A DNA stretch of 64,000 nt. Source: Selaginella moellendorffii (Eukaryota; Plantae; Lycopodiophyta). A program made the position numbers and the translations under genes. Position 1 is the stretch's first letter. Each line of letters begins with the position of its first letter. The stretch spans positions 1,936,117 through 2,000,116 of the forward strand of contig NW_003314261.1 in the NCBI RefSeq assembly GCF_000143415.4, read 5' to 3'. Positions 1 to 14,300 of the stretch are shown here, piece by piece. The notes under the pieces were generated by a model, which was given only the letters and a program-made list of their open reading frames with translations, was not told the origin of the DNA and searched no databases.

Positions 1-609
1 TCCTTTCTTTCACCAGACAATTAGGACTCAATTAGGACTTTGCTGCCCAACATCACGTTCCTCTTTCTCCTACCATATGGGATTTGAGGGTTGAAGGCAT
101 TGGTGGGCATTTTGTGTCTCCATCTTCTGGACTTAGGGAAACGTTGCCCGTTTGAGTACATATCGGGTCCACCGTCACCGATATTGCCTTCAACATCATC
201 AATAGCAAGTCCTCCTCTGTGGTGCTCGGTCTTCCTTGGTTCTAACTACATCAACCTCAGATCAGTTGGAAGGAATTACAGCTCCTCTCTCCCACATCAC
301 CATCTCCCACGGCTTCCCCTACTGTTCATCGAGTCTGAATCAGGAAAAGTTGCCTAAACTCATATCAGGGTTCTGTTCCTGACTCTACGAAGTTTTCACC
401 CTCTTCTTTTTCCTCTCTTCCATCTTATACTGGACAATATCCTCGTCTCATCATTCCATTTAGTCATATGCCTTCTCCTATCTCCACAATCACTATGAAA
501 GAACTCATTCATGAAGAACCTCTTTTCCTTTTTGCTTTGCATGTTTCTCCTGTCAGTCTTCCTGAGAAGTATCATGATTTTGGGGATGTGTTTGACAAGA
601 AAAAAGCTT
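1..609 (+). mobile_element. Truncated chromovirus pol fragment (protease to RT linker), same family as 30066-35664
   Basis: Near-identical to about 31632-32285 (ORF 91-357 mirrors ORF 31767-32033). Similarity ends abruptly after gacaagaaaaaagct at 608. Confidence 0.9.
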
Positions 610-1434
610 GATAAGCCAAAAGAGATAATATAAAAATTCAGTCAAAAGTAGTATACTGAGAAGCCTATCACACAATGCTGTCATAAAAGCCATTGGATTC
701 TTATACCATCTATTAGCATCTTAATGACCTCATTGATGTCGAATAAGTGATACTAAATTGTCACCATAGTGGCTACAAATTGCATCTTCATCAAAATTGA
801 CAAGGAACTAGATCTACTCAATATCATGCACTAGGCTTTGCTTCTACATTGCAAACTATCTTAGCTTGCAAAACACAAATTGTTAAAAGTGATTGAAGAG
901 GGAGAGGTACTTACACATTAATTTTGTGACAAGTTATCACAAACCTTGCCATATCTAGAGATCCTGTTGTGTGTACATGTCCGACCAGAATATTGATATG
1001 ATAGACAAGATCATCTCAAAAGCATTCATTGATGTACTTCATCCATACACACTAATGATGATTCTCATCAATAATGTAGAACATTTTCCCCACAAATTGT
1101 TGAGTCTTAGGACAATTCATAAGCATGTTGTCAAATTTGTGGGACTTCATTTTCCAAATATTATCCCAAACCCTCTCAATTTCCAATGAAATGGAGAGGG
1201 TATTTGTTGTTTCTGGCTTGAAAACTAATACAAGGAACATATCTATATTTGTCCTAAAGCCATTCAATTTATAAAGAATATAAATATCTATATTGACGAA
1301 GTGAGGTGAATCAAACAAAACAATGCTTGTCTGAGTGAATCGATATAATGAGATCTCTCGAATCATATTTCTAGGCCTTCCCACTTGAGAGACTCTAGAA
1401 TTGTGTGAATGGCCTTCTCTTTGATTCTCAAAAC

Positions 1435-1623
1435 TGTTGGGGAAAGGAGGGGTGCCTCCCCCAACGCTCGCTCAAACACGAGAAATGCTTCAATGCTCTT
1501 TACAAAAATGCCCCTTCCTTGCCCTTGTGAGGTAAGGGTTTTATACAAGGAAGATGGGGAATATTTCGAGGACCAAAATATTCCCTCTCTCTCTCTCACT
1601 CTCTTAGTGGCCATGCCCTAACA
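1435..1623 (-). repeat. 3' LTR of element A (about 190 bp)
   Basis: tgttgggg...ccctaaca. Homologous to 28747-28842, and in reverse complement to 29324-29513 and 47052-47237. Confidence 0.9.
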
Positions 1624-3316
1624 TGCGACCACAGTGGATCGTGCTAGCTCTAGACACACAAGAACCCTCCGAAGAGTGTAGAGTGTACCTCTACTACTGA
1701 TGCCAAGTGCTGGTAACTGTGCAAAATAGTAAAAACTCTAGAAGACAAAGTGGAAAAGAAAGAAAAGAGGTAGGTGTGAAGTTTGGAGACAGGGAGGAAA
1801 ACTTAGTGGGAAACCTTGTAGTCAAACTGGACCCTAAAGTTAAAGGAAAAGTGCAGTAAAAGTGTGAAAAGAGGAGAAAAATAGGGGAAAAGGAGTGAGT
1901 ACCAAAGAACTTAACCCGTACCTGGATTTCAACTCAGGAAAGTGTAATATGCAAATGCAGCCTCTTGATGACTTCCAGTATACTCCAAGGATTGGCTGAA
2001 ATCGAGAAAGAAAGAGAGGTAGAAGAGGGGATGCATTGCCCAAGGGCAGTAAGTGTAGAAATGATGAAAGATGGAGTGATATGGTGGAGCGCCAAGATGG
2101 TGGTGGCACTCTGAAAAGGTGGCCATCGATAACCGTTGGCTTGTAGAGTAAGCATTGACCTCTCGGAGTAGCCAGTAACCGGTAACCAGTAACTAGTAAC
2201 CAGTAATGGGGGACCTGTAACCGATAACCACTTGCTCTCGCGCTTACTCCTGCGCCTGCTCCAGCACCGATATGGTGGAGTGATACGGTGGAGTGCCGAG
2301 ATGGTGGTCACACTTTGAGAAGTGGTAGGCCAATGGACTGATATGTCGGATTGAGAAAGACAGCAGCTGAAAAGGACGGCGCAGTTGCTGGGTTGCCGGT
2401 AAAGAGAGGTGGCATGTGTCCACTGAGTGCTAGAGCCGAAGAAGGTGGCTATGGCTTCTGTGGCCTCACATAAAGATCCACCTAGGTGCCTTGAGTGAAC
2501 AGGCTCACCCGGTTGGAAGAAAGTCGCTCCAGAAAAGCTAGTGCGTCATCGGCAAATGGTCATAAGGATATCTCGGAAATGGCACATCCAAATGAGGTGG
2601 TGTCTTTTGCTGCTAGTGTATGTATGTGTATCCGTGGTATGGTGTAACTATGACCTTAAACAGAGATGTGAATGATGGTGAAAGAATGAAAGATGCAAGA
2701 CAGACATCTAGAGATAAGTGCGGGCAACGCTACTGGAAGTGATTGGTGATGGAACTATGAGTGTAGATAATATGGAATGAGAAAGGGGAATGTGTGGGGT
2801 GTAGTAATGGTAAGGGAAGAGCCAAAGAACCTGGAACATAGACTGGGTCAAGCAAGGAACCTCCATACAAACGGTAATGCAGCCTGAGCACAAAATCCAA
2901 GGCATGAGCCACAGTCCAATGGAGAAACACCCTCTGAAAGTAAGAGAAGGAGCCACAAAGGTAAAGTGAAAGAAAGGAAAAAAAAGGAAAAGAAAAAGAA
3001 GAGAAGAGGAATGCCTCACCAGATGAAGCATTTGAGGTGAGAGTGGTTGTGAGCGTGTGGGAGCTCACATCCATTAGCATCAACTAGCCCATATGCTCCA
3101 CCTCCAATGTGTTGCTGTACAAAGTAGGGACCGGTCCAGCGAGGGGAGAACTTCGATGGTGGCGTAAACTCCTTGAGTAGAACAAGATTGCCATCCTCGA
3201 ATGGTTCGGCAAACTGCTGGTGATCAATGATTGACTTGATCTTCTGCATACCTCGAAGGAGATGTTCAATTGTGGATCATCACTGTTCTTCCAAGGCAAG
3301 AACCTCCAAGTCACGT

Positions 3317-3741
3317 TGGAGAAAGAGGAAAAATCAAGCTCGGAAGTTCAAGCTTAGGAATACAAACTTGAGAGAGGTTCAAGGTTAGGACTGTATTTCT
3401 AACCTTGATGTGAGCAGTAGCGACTATAAAAGTAGGACTTAGAATGTTTTTAAACTTATCCCTAATACAAAATACATTGCAATACATCGTCATTCTGCCT
3501 ATCTCTTTGGTTCTTCACAGCAATGTCTTACTTACCCACCGCCTTCAAGGGATCAAAGGCGTGGGACTAGCACCTTCAAGCACGTGTTCACAGTCTCTAC
3601 TTGGTTTGGCACAGGCAGGTAAGTGCATTCTTCTTGTAATGTAGTTTTAGATTTAGGGACTAGAATAGATTTGAAACTTCTAGGAAGATCTCGTGTGGAC
3701 GTTTTCCTCCCAATTTAGAGAGATTTCAGGAGTTTTTTTCA
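3317..3741 (+). repeat. 5' LTR of the 3317-24817 element
   Basis: Direct repeat of 24395-24817 with scattered substitutions. Confidence 0.93.
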
Positions 3742-5504
3742 CTGGCAACCACGGTGGGATAAAGCGTCGTGAAGAGCTCATGGGATAGAGCAGATCAAGA
3801 TGATCATTTCCCCCAAAACTTCAAGGAAAACAGACCAAAGACGCACAAGAAAATGGCATAGGAAGAGAAAGACCCAAAAATCAAGAAAAAACAAGACTAT
3901 AAAACAAAAACGGTGGAAGAGCATGAAGAAATGAAGAAAAAAATGGAGCGTAAGACCAAAAGATGAAGAACACTTGAAGATTGAAGCCACCCAAGTTGTG
4001 GAAAACTTGGAGCGTACACGTAACTGTTTTTGGCGAGAGGTTGAAGAAAGTGAATATTCCAAGAATCTGCGATAAGGAAATGACCAAGGAAAAATTCTAG
4101 CGGCTAGAGATGGAGGAAGAATGAAAAGGCACGACTGCCCATTTGGAGACACAAGCTACACAAGATACGAAGATTGCCTTTTATGTGGTTTTAGAAATTA
4201 TGCCAAACCATACAAGCAATGCTATCCAAAATGGTGATGCGACACTTGCAAACAAGCAAAAGCAAGACTCTGAATCAAGGATGAAAATGCCACAATGGAA
4301 AAGAGAAAGAAACAAGAAGAAATAGCCCAAGAATATGACACCAAAAAGAGTGATGATAGTTTAGAAAACGAAGAAAAACAAAGCACTAGTTGCTTTCAAA
4401 AATTCAAAGAAACAGTCTTGTGACTGTTGCACAACTTATCCAACAAATAGAAAGAACCAAAGGGGAGGAATGCTAAAGGGGAATGAACAATCACCGAAAT
4501 TTTGTAGCACACATGAGGAGAGTGATAACAATGTTGCAAAATGGAATTTTTGGGCTCGCACGAGAAACCAGCGAGATGAGGAAATCCCTTGATAGATGCA
4601 AGACTTTAAAAACCTTTTAGAAGCCATCAGGCAGCTACCATCTGAGATTTAGGAACGAATCTCCAATTTAGTTCATAACACATTAGATCAGGAAAACTAT
4701 ACACCAATTTGTAACAATGCTATCATACACGTGCACATTTTATAGGAAAGCAAGATAAACAAGAATTGTATACGTGGACAATCATCCTCGAGCTTTCGTG
4801 GAGACCTTTCGTATACATTGATCAAGAATTTATTTGTCTCAAGGAAGAAGTTGAGTGGCATACTTGGGACACTATCACTCGAATTTACGAAGAAATTCCA
4901 AGGTTCCTGTTTAGAGAAATTTAGGAAATACTTGGACAACATTTTGTAAGAGGATTTATTACACTGGTTGGGAGCACAATACATGAGCTTACTAACCTCC
5001 AGATAAAAGAAGGACTATGGGCAAAAGAGTGCTGGATAGATCTGCGCACGCATAGGCTTAAAGCAACAAAACTTTGTTGGAATCCATACTTTGACGTGTA
5101 GACGTCATTTGAGACAAGAAACATACAAGAATTAGGACATTAAAATACAACCACTGCTATATTCAGCATTTTCTAATATTACCATCGATTGGGAAACACA
5201 AAAGCTCATAATGAGAGCTTGCATTCCAATATGACCAACACATTGTAAGAGATTAAAACAATTGTTCAAGATTGAACTACTAAAGAGAGTTGCAATCGTT
5301 TGCACACCTGCTCGATCCCAAAGTTGGCGAGCAGTATCCAATATTACTAGCAAACAGCTATATTGATCAATTTATGACACAACCGACCTCCTTCCACAAA
5401 TAAATTCGTATTTACTTACACCACCAGATTTTTCAAATACAAGTCCTTTCCTGAGCTAAACTCGTGAAAGTGACCTCGAGAAGAAACTCGGGAAGAATCA
5501 AGAA

Positions 5505-5670
5505 AGAAACACTCGATTGAAGACTCAAGACACAAGAGCTTGACTTCACATTTATATGACAAAATTGAACTTGTAGAAGACTCAAGACACAAGAGCTTGA
5601 TTTCGCATTTATACCATAAAATACAAACCTGCAAAAGACTCAAGATGTAAGAGCTTGACTTTGCAATCTA
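5505..5670 (+). repeat. About three tandem copies of a roughly 60-bp unit upstream of gag
   Basis: agactcaagacacaagagcttga recurs near 5521, 5578 and (diverged) 5636. Confidence 0.75.
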
Positions 5671-5764
5671 TGAAGAACAACATTTGACTTAAGACACTGT
5701 AGATGAATCACAAAATTCAAGAAGCTTACCTCGGTATTTAAGTCGAGAAGATTTAAAAAGCTAA

Positions 5765-7270
5765 ATGCACAAACACAAACCAGACCCAATCAAGATCCGG
5801 GAAAGAGATCTTCATCAAAAGACTCGAGAAGTGAGAAAGGAAGAGATAGATAAAGAGAAGTTAGAGGAACAGCAACAACAAATTTTAGAAATGATATTAG
5901 AGAAGTACGATAAAGATGATAAACAAATTCAAGTACCCAAGTCAAGCAACTCGGCAAAAGATAAAAAAGAACTAAATATCGAAGACGCCCCAGAGTTTGA
6001 GGCATTTGAAGAAGTAGAATACATAGCACTAGAGTTTTACTCAAATCCAGACTCACCAGAACAACAACTAAACCAATAAAGTCTACAACTTCAAATGACA
6101 ATCATCAACCCAACAACAGCTATAGGGAACATGATTTCCTATCCCATTTTTACTGGTGGAAAAACCAAAGATGCGAACCAGCATCTTAAACAATTTGATC
6201 AAATTGTAAAGATGAACAAATAGGAAATGCATCGAGAAATACTTTTCCCATACACACTTAAAAGAAAAGCACTCGATTGGTATAATATATTCGATGATGC
6301 TTTGACCCATGACGAAAAGGTCACACAATTCAAGGAGCAATTCCAAACCGGTGGAACTCCAGAAGAACACTATGAGATCATCAAAAACTTCAAACAAAAA
6401 TCACGTGAAGGAATTCAAAATTACACACGAAGATTTAAGTTTCATGCAAAGCGTTGCAAGGATTTGATAACAGATAAAGGAAAGAGCTTATCCTATATCC
6501 AAGGACTAAAAGAAATCTATGGAAACATGGTAGCAATTGCTGCTGCAACAGAGAATCCAGATGATGAAAGTGTTGATACACTCTCCAAAGAAATCCTCAC
6601 ATTGAAAAAGCGATTCAAGCAATTCACAAAAGCTATACCTTCACAAATTGATAATGGTTCAGATGATGAAGAAGAGGAAGAAATACGCATTAAGACAAAG
6701 AAGAAAACACCAAAAGACCAAGACTTGAAGGATATAATCAGGAAAATCTCACAAACCGAACTCAAAGCAGGAGTGTGGTGTACAAAGTGTAAAAACAAGG
6801 GACATACATATTTGGAATGCAAATTACAGCTTCCAAAGTGTCAAATTTGTGAAAGAGAAGGCCATACAGCCAAGAAATGTTGATACAGGAATCAAAATGC
6901 ATAACCACCACGAAATCAACCTCCAAGATACAACAATTATTATCAACGTGATGATAATTTGTATAATCAAAGACAAAACTATTACCATTGAGACAATAGC
7001 AACTACAATAGAATACCCCCTCAAGATCAAAGACCAAACAACTATACTAGAAATTATGGAAGAAACTACAATACATATCAGGAATGTGATGGACCTCATG
7101 ACAACTACCAATGTTCTCTTACAATTATGATCAAGAATCATATCGGAATTATAATCAAAGACCACCCCAGGCTCAAGGTTACAATTACAACCAGCAACCT
7201 GCACCGCAGCAAGATAATTGTCCTTGACAACCTTACCAAAATGCAAATTGCGAAAATAACTAAGGAGTAA
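5765..7270 (+). pseudogene. gag: gag with two CCHC zinc knuckles, disrupted by stops
   Basis: ORFs 5765-6079 and 6227-6883 are in the same frame. Motifs FPYTLKRKALDWY, CTKCKNKGHTYLEC and CQICEREGHTAKKC, then an Asn/Gln/Tyr-rich tail. Confidence 0.85.
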
Positions 7271-7497
7271 ACAATCAGGCTCCAAGGCCAAGACCACTAG
7301 TAGCACAGAATATTGAGGTGGAAATTGACGAATCCCAAACTTTTGAAGAACCAGCAATATGAACTATCACGAGACAACAATACAAGTATCAGCAACCAGA
7401 TAATCTGGAAGAACAAGATTACAATGATGAAGTTGAAAGTATCCCAAAAACTGAATGGAAGAAAAGCAAGAAAATACTTCAAGCAATTCAGGCTGAA

Positions 7498-9666
7498 TTG
7501 CAGGAACAAGAACCACAGGTCATCGAAGACCATAACAAACAATCCAACGATCAAGGAACAACAAGTTTCTCTCAAGAAGAGCACACCTCACTTGCAGAAC
7601 AAATACTGCAACATGGAATCACATTAACCTTACAACAAATACTTCAAATAGCACCATATCTTAAGAGCCAAATACTTAAGATTTGTTGTCCACAAATTCC
7701 TGATGCTCGCACTCAAGAAAAGCAATTTCCATGTAAATCTGAGAAAGAGGATAAAGTAAAAATCCAACTTGGAGATTACGATGATAATGTACCTTGTATT
7801 GACCTCAACATAGGCAAGAATCAAATCACTGGAGCAATACTCGATGGAGGCTCGGGCGTGAATATAATCGAGCATGGTATATGTAAAACAATGGGACTTG
7901 GACCCATACAACCTACTCCCTTCAATGTCCGCATAGTAGACCAACATGTTGTAAGACTAGCTAGCATAATAAGAGATATCACCATTAGAATCAAAGGACA
8001 CAAGTTCAAGATCAACTTTGTGGTATTAAAAATGCCAATTGAAGAATCCTCTTACGAACTCTTGCTTGGAAGACCATAGCTGAACAAAGCGGTTTATGCT
8101 CAATATTGGATGGACCATGAAATTTGTATACAATCAAACAAAGGTCAAACAAAAATAGCTACAACTACAACCAGGAAAATTCCGAAAAGATTTCAACCAA
8201 TTCAAGCCCAAGAATACAATTGGCAAGAAGGTTTTGACGACCTTGAAGAAGCCAAACTCCTTGAAACTTACCCAGAGCTACGAGCTTTTCAAGAAATTGA
8301 TTTACACCATGTTCTACCAGTAGTGGATCAAGACCAACACCACAACTTAAACTTGATGGACCAACCACTCTACTCTACAAAGCTACACGCTCAAAGTCAA
8401 CAAAGATTAAAGATAAAACAACAAAACGAGAAGCCAACTCTCAAGCCTGAACAATTACAATCTAAAGAATACAATATTCAGATTGATGATAATCCAGCCC
8501 TACAAACTAGAAATGACGACTTTACACCCCGAATTAACCTCAATGAAGAAACTGAAGAACTCAATCTCGGACTTCAAGAAGATCCACACAACATAATCAT
8601 TGCTGCAAATCTTGACAAAAACTTCAAGATCAAAGCTCAACAATTACTCATAACCTACAAGGACATTTTTGCCTGGTCATACAAAGATCTCAGGGGAATA
8701 CCACCGGAACTATGTACACATCGCATAAAGTTGCTACTAGGAACTCGACCAATTAAGCAAACAGCTTATCACATGAACCCAAACTTTGCTGATAAAGTCA
8801 AAACAGAACTCCACAAACTACAAAATGCTGGATTCATTTACCCTATCAAGAATGCACAATGGTTGTCACCATTGGTTATCATCCCGAAGATGAACGGCAA
8901 ATTGCGAATTTGTGTCAATTACAAAAAGTTGAATGATGTGACGGAAAAAGACTCATTTCCCATACTATTCTCAGACGAGATACTCAACACAGCTGCAGGA
9001 CATGAGATGTATTCATTCCTCGACGGATTTTTGGGATATAATCAAGTTCATATAGCGCCAGAAGATCAATACAAGACTGCCTTCATAAGTCCATGGGGCG
9101 CATATGCATACTCCAGAATGCCATTCGGATTAACAAATGCACCATTTACTTTTCAAAGGATAATTACCAACACATTTCAGGAATACTTGACTGATTTTAT
9201 ATGCGTCTTCATGGATGACTTCAGCATTTTTGGAGCAAAAGAAAAACAACTTGAACACTTAGAAAAGTGTTTCATTAAATGTCGACAAAACCGAGTTGCA
9301 CTTAATCTAGAAAAGTGTATTTTCTTTGTCAAATCAGGAATACTCCTTGGCCATGTCGTTTGTAAAGACGGAATTCTCATTGACAAAACAAAAACAGAGG
9401 TCATCGTCAAAATGACTCCACCCATGGATTTAACGAGTTTGAGGAGATTTCTCAGAAAAATGGGTTACCATAGACATTTTATTCAAGACTATGCAAAGAT
9501 TGCTAAATCGCTTATGGAGCTACTTAAGAAATCTCAAGTTTACGCATGGACACAAGATTGCCAACTGGCCTTTAACACACTTAAGGATAAGCTTATAAAA
9601 GCCCCCATACTGGTTCAACCAGACTGGACACAAGAATTCATTGTACAAGTAGATGCATCTGATTAT
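7498..9666 (+). pseudogene. pol: pol 5' part: aspartic protease, reverse transcriptase, start of RNase H
   Basis: AILDGGSGVNII (protease); [22 protein letters not shown] and FMDDF (RT). VDASDY is cut by the DNA transposon. Confidence 0.95.
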
Positions 9667-9690
9667 AAGCTCTATTTCGTTAAAGTGGGA
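9667..9690 (+). repeat. Left terminal inverted repeat
   Basis: aagctctatttcgttaaagtggga. Confidence 0.95.
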
Positions 9691-11305
9691 TTTATTCAGT
9701 AAAATGGGACTAGGTACAAATTTTCAAGTATTTGAAAATGATGTGAAATTATATGTTTTTTGTCCAGGGGCTAGACATATCTGGGGCATGGTGACTAGCG
9801 CGGTGACTTTGTGTCCAGACTGAGTCCATCTGGTTGTATAATAAATCTCATTGTCAAGGTGAACAAGCCGAATCTGAAGCTAAAGAAGAGCGATGGCATG
9901 CGCACACACACTATTTGTTTGTTCATTGAGCGTGTGGTGAGCTTTCCAAGATGAACGTCATTCCTATTAGCCAGACATATAACTTAATGGTGAGAAAATT
10001 TAGATATTATTCAATGTTATCTTTTTCTAGCGAATCTAACTGTGAAGGTGTAGCAAGAGGCATTGCTAGTCTGGAGAAGTCATTTAACTCATTTAACCCT
10101 TAGTGTATTTTTATGAAACTAAATAACATTCATATTATTAAGGAATTTCTCTAATACCTTTTTTTTACGACATAGAGGCTTGCATTTCTTTCAAAGGTGA
10201 TTTAGTAAAAGGCCTGAGGGCACATGCCATTCTATTTCTCAGACCGGTATTAAGATATACTAGTGCAAAGGGAAAAAGGTATTTGGTGATCAAGTAAATG
10301 GCATGAGGGCACCCGCCATTATAAGCTTAAGCGCTAGTGGACACCTCCTTTTTGGTACTCTTAGCGGTACTATCATCCTTCTCCGGGTCAGTTGTTTTGC
10401 TTTGGATTGTTGTCTCTGATGTTACTGGGGCGTTCTCAATAGTTGTTAATGTTGCCGTTTGTTCAGAAAAATGATCACCTAGAGTATAGTACGGGGAGTT
10501 TGGAAGACTTATATATTTTACATCTTCACCTATCTCCTTCTCCGTCTCCTTTTCTGCCTCACTTATAGATTTTGTGCTTGCCATGAGAACGCTCTTCACC
10601 CTAAAATATGGAGTTCGTTGTGTTATAAAAGGAAACCAACACACACGCTACAAGGGAATGATGGTACATAAAGCACGTAAGCCCACAATATGGGTTTATG
10701 TGCCATTAATATGGGCCACACGCCATATTATTAGATTTATGCACGTGTGATTGGTAAATGCATATGTCACATCATCTTTGTTTTACCTCACACACTATAT
10801 CAGGCCTAATGAACCATATCACATGTGCGCACATGCTATATATATGGAGAAGTATTATGCAAGGATAGAAAAATTCAATGCATGATTGTGGAGAGCAATG
10901 GCATGATGGCATGAAGCCACATGCTAAATAACATTTTAGAGAAAGAATTAAAATAGAAACATGCAAACAGTATTGAGTGGACCAAGATTTAGAAGTGCAC
11001 AATTGAATGAGGTATTTCTAATAAATATTTCACTCACCTCATATAGGAATGGCTACCACTCTCAAATGGTGTATCGCCTCATGCCATCACCTCGCAATTT
11101 GTTATAACAATCCGATGAATTCATATTCGGCTTGTTCACCTTGAACTTTAAGTAAGATTTGCTAGAACAACTAAGAATTTATACTTGTTATTTGTATCAT
11201 CTCACCTAGGAATGGCGTAAGGCCACATGCCATCACGCCTCCTCTGATTCAGATTCGGATTGTTCACCTTGAAATAAAATACATTAGAAACTTAGTAAAG
11301 GAATA

Positions 11306-14300
11306 TTAATGAATCTCACCTTGAACCCGGGTTATGAATGCTCTTGCTGCATCTCTTGCATGGTCTGGCAAGGTGATGGTGGCACTCTGCTTCCGCATCC
11401 AACCATGCACAACATTATCCACCGATATACTCATGCTGGGATCCCTTGGATTCAGCACCCATATCTTTTCTAGGCAATCCTTCGTATATCCGGAACTTGG
11501 CTTGAACCACTCCACAGTTACATTGAAGGAGTTAGTTTCCGCGTCCTCCTCTGCATCAGTGATGCAGCGCCCCACCCATATCATTTGTTTTTTATTACTG
11601 GGTCTGACAAGCACGACCATTCCTTTGCAGACCTGTACTGGATTGAATGCTGAATCCGGCTTCTTGTTCCTCGGCCCACAATAGTGATCCTCAACATCAT
11701 TATCTGTCACTGCATTTCCAGAGGACATTGTTCCGCTACTATCTGGTGCTCTGGGTTCTGGCCAAAAGGACTCTTCCAATTCTTCATATACAACCGGCCC
11801 ATTTTGGATAGCAGATATAATCTTCTCCCAGTATTCGAGCAAAGGCTTGCACCTTTTAAAATAGGATTCTCCACCAAACACCAACCCCCTCTTCCAGAAG
11901 GCAATATGCTGTCTAATCCCGGCCACTATACTTTCCTGGTCTTTGAGTCCATCCGGGTGCATCGGCCGTGGAGAACCCTGAGGAATCATAGGTTCCCCAG
12001 TTATGGGATCTCTCTTGAAGAGTTCAATGCCGTCCACTGGCAGCCACACTGTGTCCCATTCTCTCATCTTGTACCTCATCACTAGAGCACCATCACGCAT
12101 GCTGAAATGAAACTGAAGAGGCTTGGAGTGGCCAATTAGCGTTTCGGATCCGTCCCTGATGTAGCCTCTTACAAACCCCTTAAAGTCTAGGACCTCTGTC
12201 ACAAGTGCAGTTTCAACAGTGCCTTTGATGCAATTTTGGAATTCATCGTAGAGTTGTGGGAGGGTGAGGACATTGGATCGCCAGAGGGACTCTGCCAGGT
12301 GAGTAACATGGCATCGACGTCTTCATGAGTGTGCCCAACCATGAGAAAGCCAAGTGTAACTGTTTCAAATATGCCTTTGGCAACAAGCATCGCCAAGTAC
12401 GCGAAGACGTACATGTTTTTGTTCTCACTGCCAGCATTGTCTGTTTGGAGTAGAAGATGGGGTGGAAGGCCACATCGGCCGTAAGAACTTCCTTGAGATT
12501 CTGCTTCGTTTGGATGAGGCTGTGCATTCATCGGGCGACCAGCCTTGTCGGAATGGCATGAGGCCTCACGTGATAACCCTACAATCTGACGGCCAACATA
12601 TTCACTGGGATGGCATGGGGCCCCACGCGATGCTGCAAGCCTTTGCTCCTCCTCCAGTTGAACCCTGTATGGGGTTCGATCGACAAGGGCCTTATACAAG
12701 GGTTTGCCGTTCAGCTCAGTCTGCGCACTTTGCAGAGACCTTAAGTGTTTTGCTAGGGACGCAATCATCATGTTTGCACCCCCGCCACCCCATAGAGGTA
12801 CAAAGAAGTTCCCATAGTTCTGGGCACCATGCCCATGAGCGATTATGCCAAATAGAGACACAAGCAGCTGCATGGATGAAGAGATTGCCTTGGGGGTAGG
12901 ATTGAGTCGAGGTAAGCACGTCTTTTTCTGGTCCATTTTGTCATGGATGATGCAGAGGTAAGAGTCAAGTCTCTCCATGGAGAGAATCCTGTTATGATAA
13001 TATGCAGTCCTACAGCTTCTCTGCTTGATGTTCTGGTCGAGCCGCCTTTTAACCAACGTCTCTCGCTCTTGAGCGCTGCAAGAATTCTTCGACAAAGCCA
13101 TTTTGATAGCAGTGCACTCGTCACACTTTGAAAAGCTGGAGTACTTTCCTATATTCACATCCCTGAACCTGTTGCTCCACAATCTACTAAATCTAGATTG
13201 GCTCAGCTTCCTGTAGCCATTACTCTGGAGTTCCCGATTCACATCTTCCAATATGGCCCCCTTGGTATACATGGAAGGGAGAACTCGTTGGGTGTCTCGT
13301 GTTCCATCTTCCAAGAGGCGGGTTTTATGTGGTTGCTGCTCGCTACATGTCTCGACAAACCTCTTGAAGATTGCCTCTCCATATACAACATGACCCCTGG
13401 TTTTGTGCGTACCGTCGTTCCCATGGACTGCCTGTTGAACCCTTTGTTCCTCGAACTCAGTTTTGATTCTGTAGAATGTGGTTCGAGGGACTCCATAAAT
13501 GATTCTCCATGCCTTCATGCAGACCAAACCCCTCTGGAAGACCATGCCCCCCACCTGATGTTCTAAAGCATCAACAGATGACCGTAATGCCTCATACACA
13601 AAATTGCGAGCTGCCTTCCAGGACAATGTCTTGTATCTTGCTCTCTCCTCTTCAATAGCATCCCAATTAGCATGTTGACAGCACCTCCTCTTGCAACAAG
13701 CAACTGTCGAGACCATTCGAACCTCCATCACCATTTTCTACCTTTTCGGTTCGTTGCTCAGATCCCTTTGGCTGCGCTTTAGGAAGGTGTACTTTCTTTT
13801 CCCATGAAGAGATGTTCTGTCATCAGTTGTAGTGGTGTTTGATTGTGAATCCTTCACATTCTCAAACACTAAGTGCCTCAATTTCCACCGCACAATGCTT
13901 CCAATAGTCAGATTGTTTTCTTCTGTGTCAACAACCTCTAAAATCGCAACTCCAATATCATCCCAGCCCAATTCTTGATTAGCAACCGCATCTCTTGGAT
14001 CGACAACTGTGGCTAAGCCCTCAGCTACTAGCTCCCCCTCGGGGTTGTTTAGAAACACCTTTGCCTGAATCCATGTAGCACGGTTCTTAAGATCCACGGA
14101 GGGAACATGCATCGCACTTGTGCTGTCCTCAACATCTGCTTTCTTCTGAAGATTTTTCAAGGCAACAACAACATTTACCCCGATGACCATCTCTCCTCAT
14201 TCAATAGCGACCACATTCCCATCGAAGACAGTCTCTACTGATACAGCAGCATTGCCTTCCCCAAGCCTTTCACAGTGTATAACAAAGTTTCGATCCATAG

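Noticed and set aside
610-1434. Possible gene fragment (minus ORF 1052-1384)
   Set aside because: No recognisable motif; too decayed to call.
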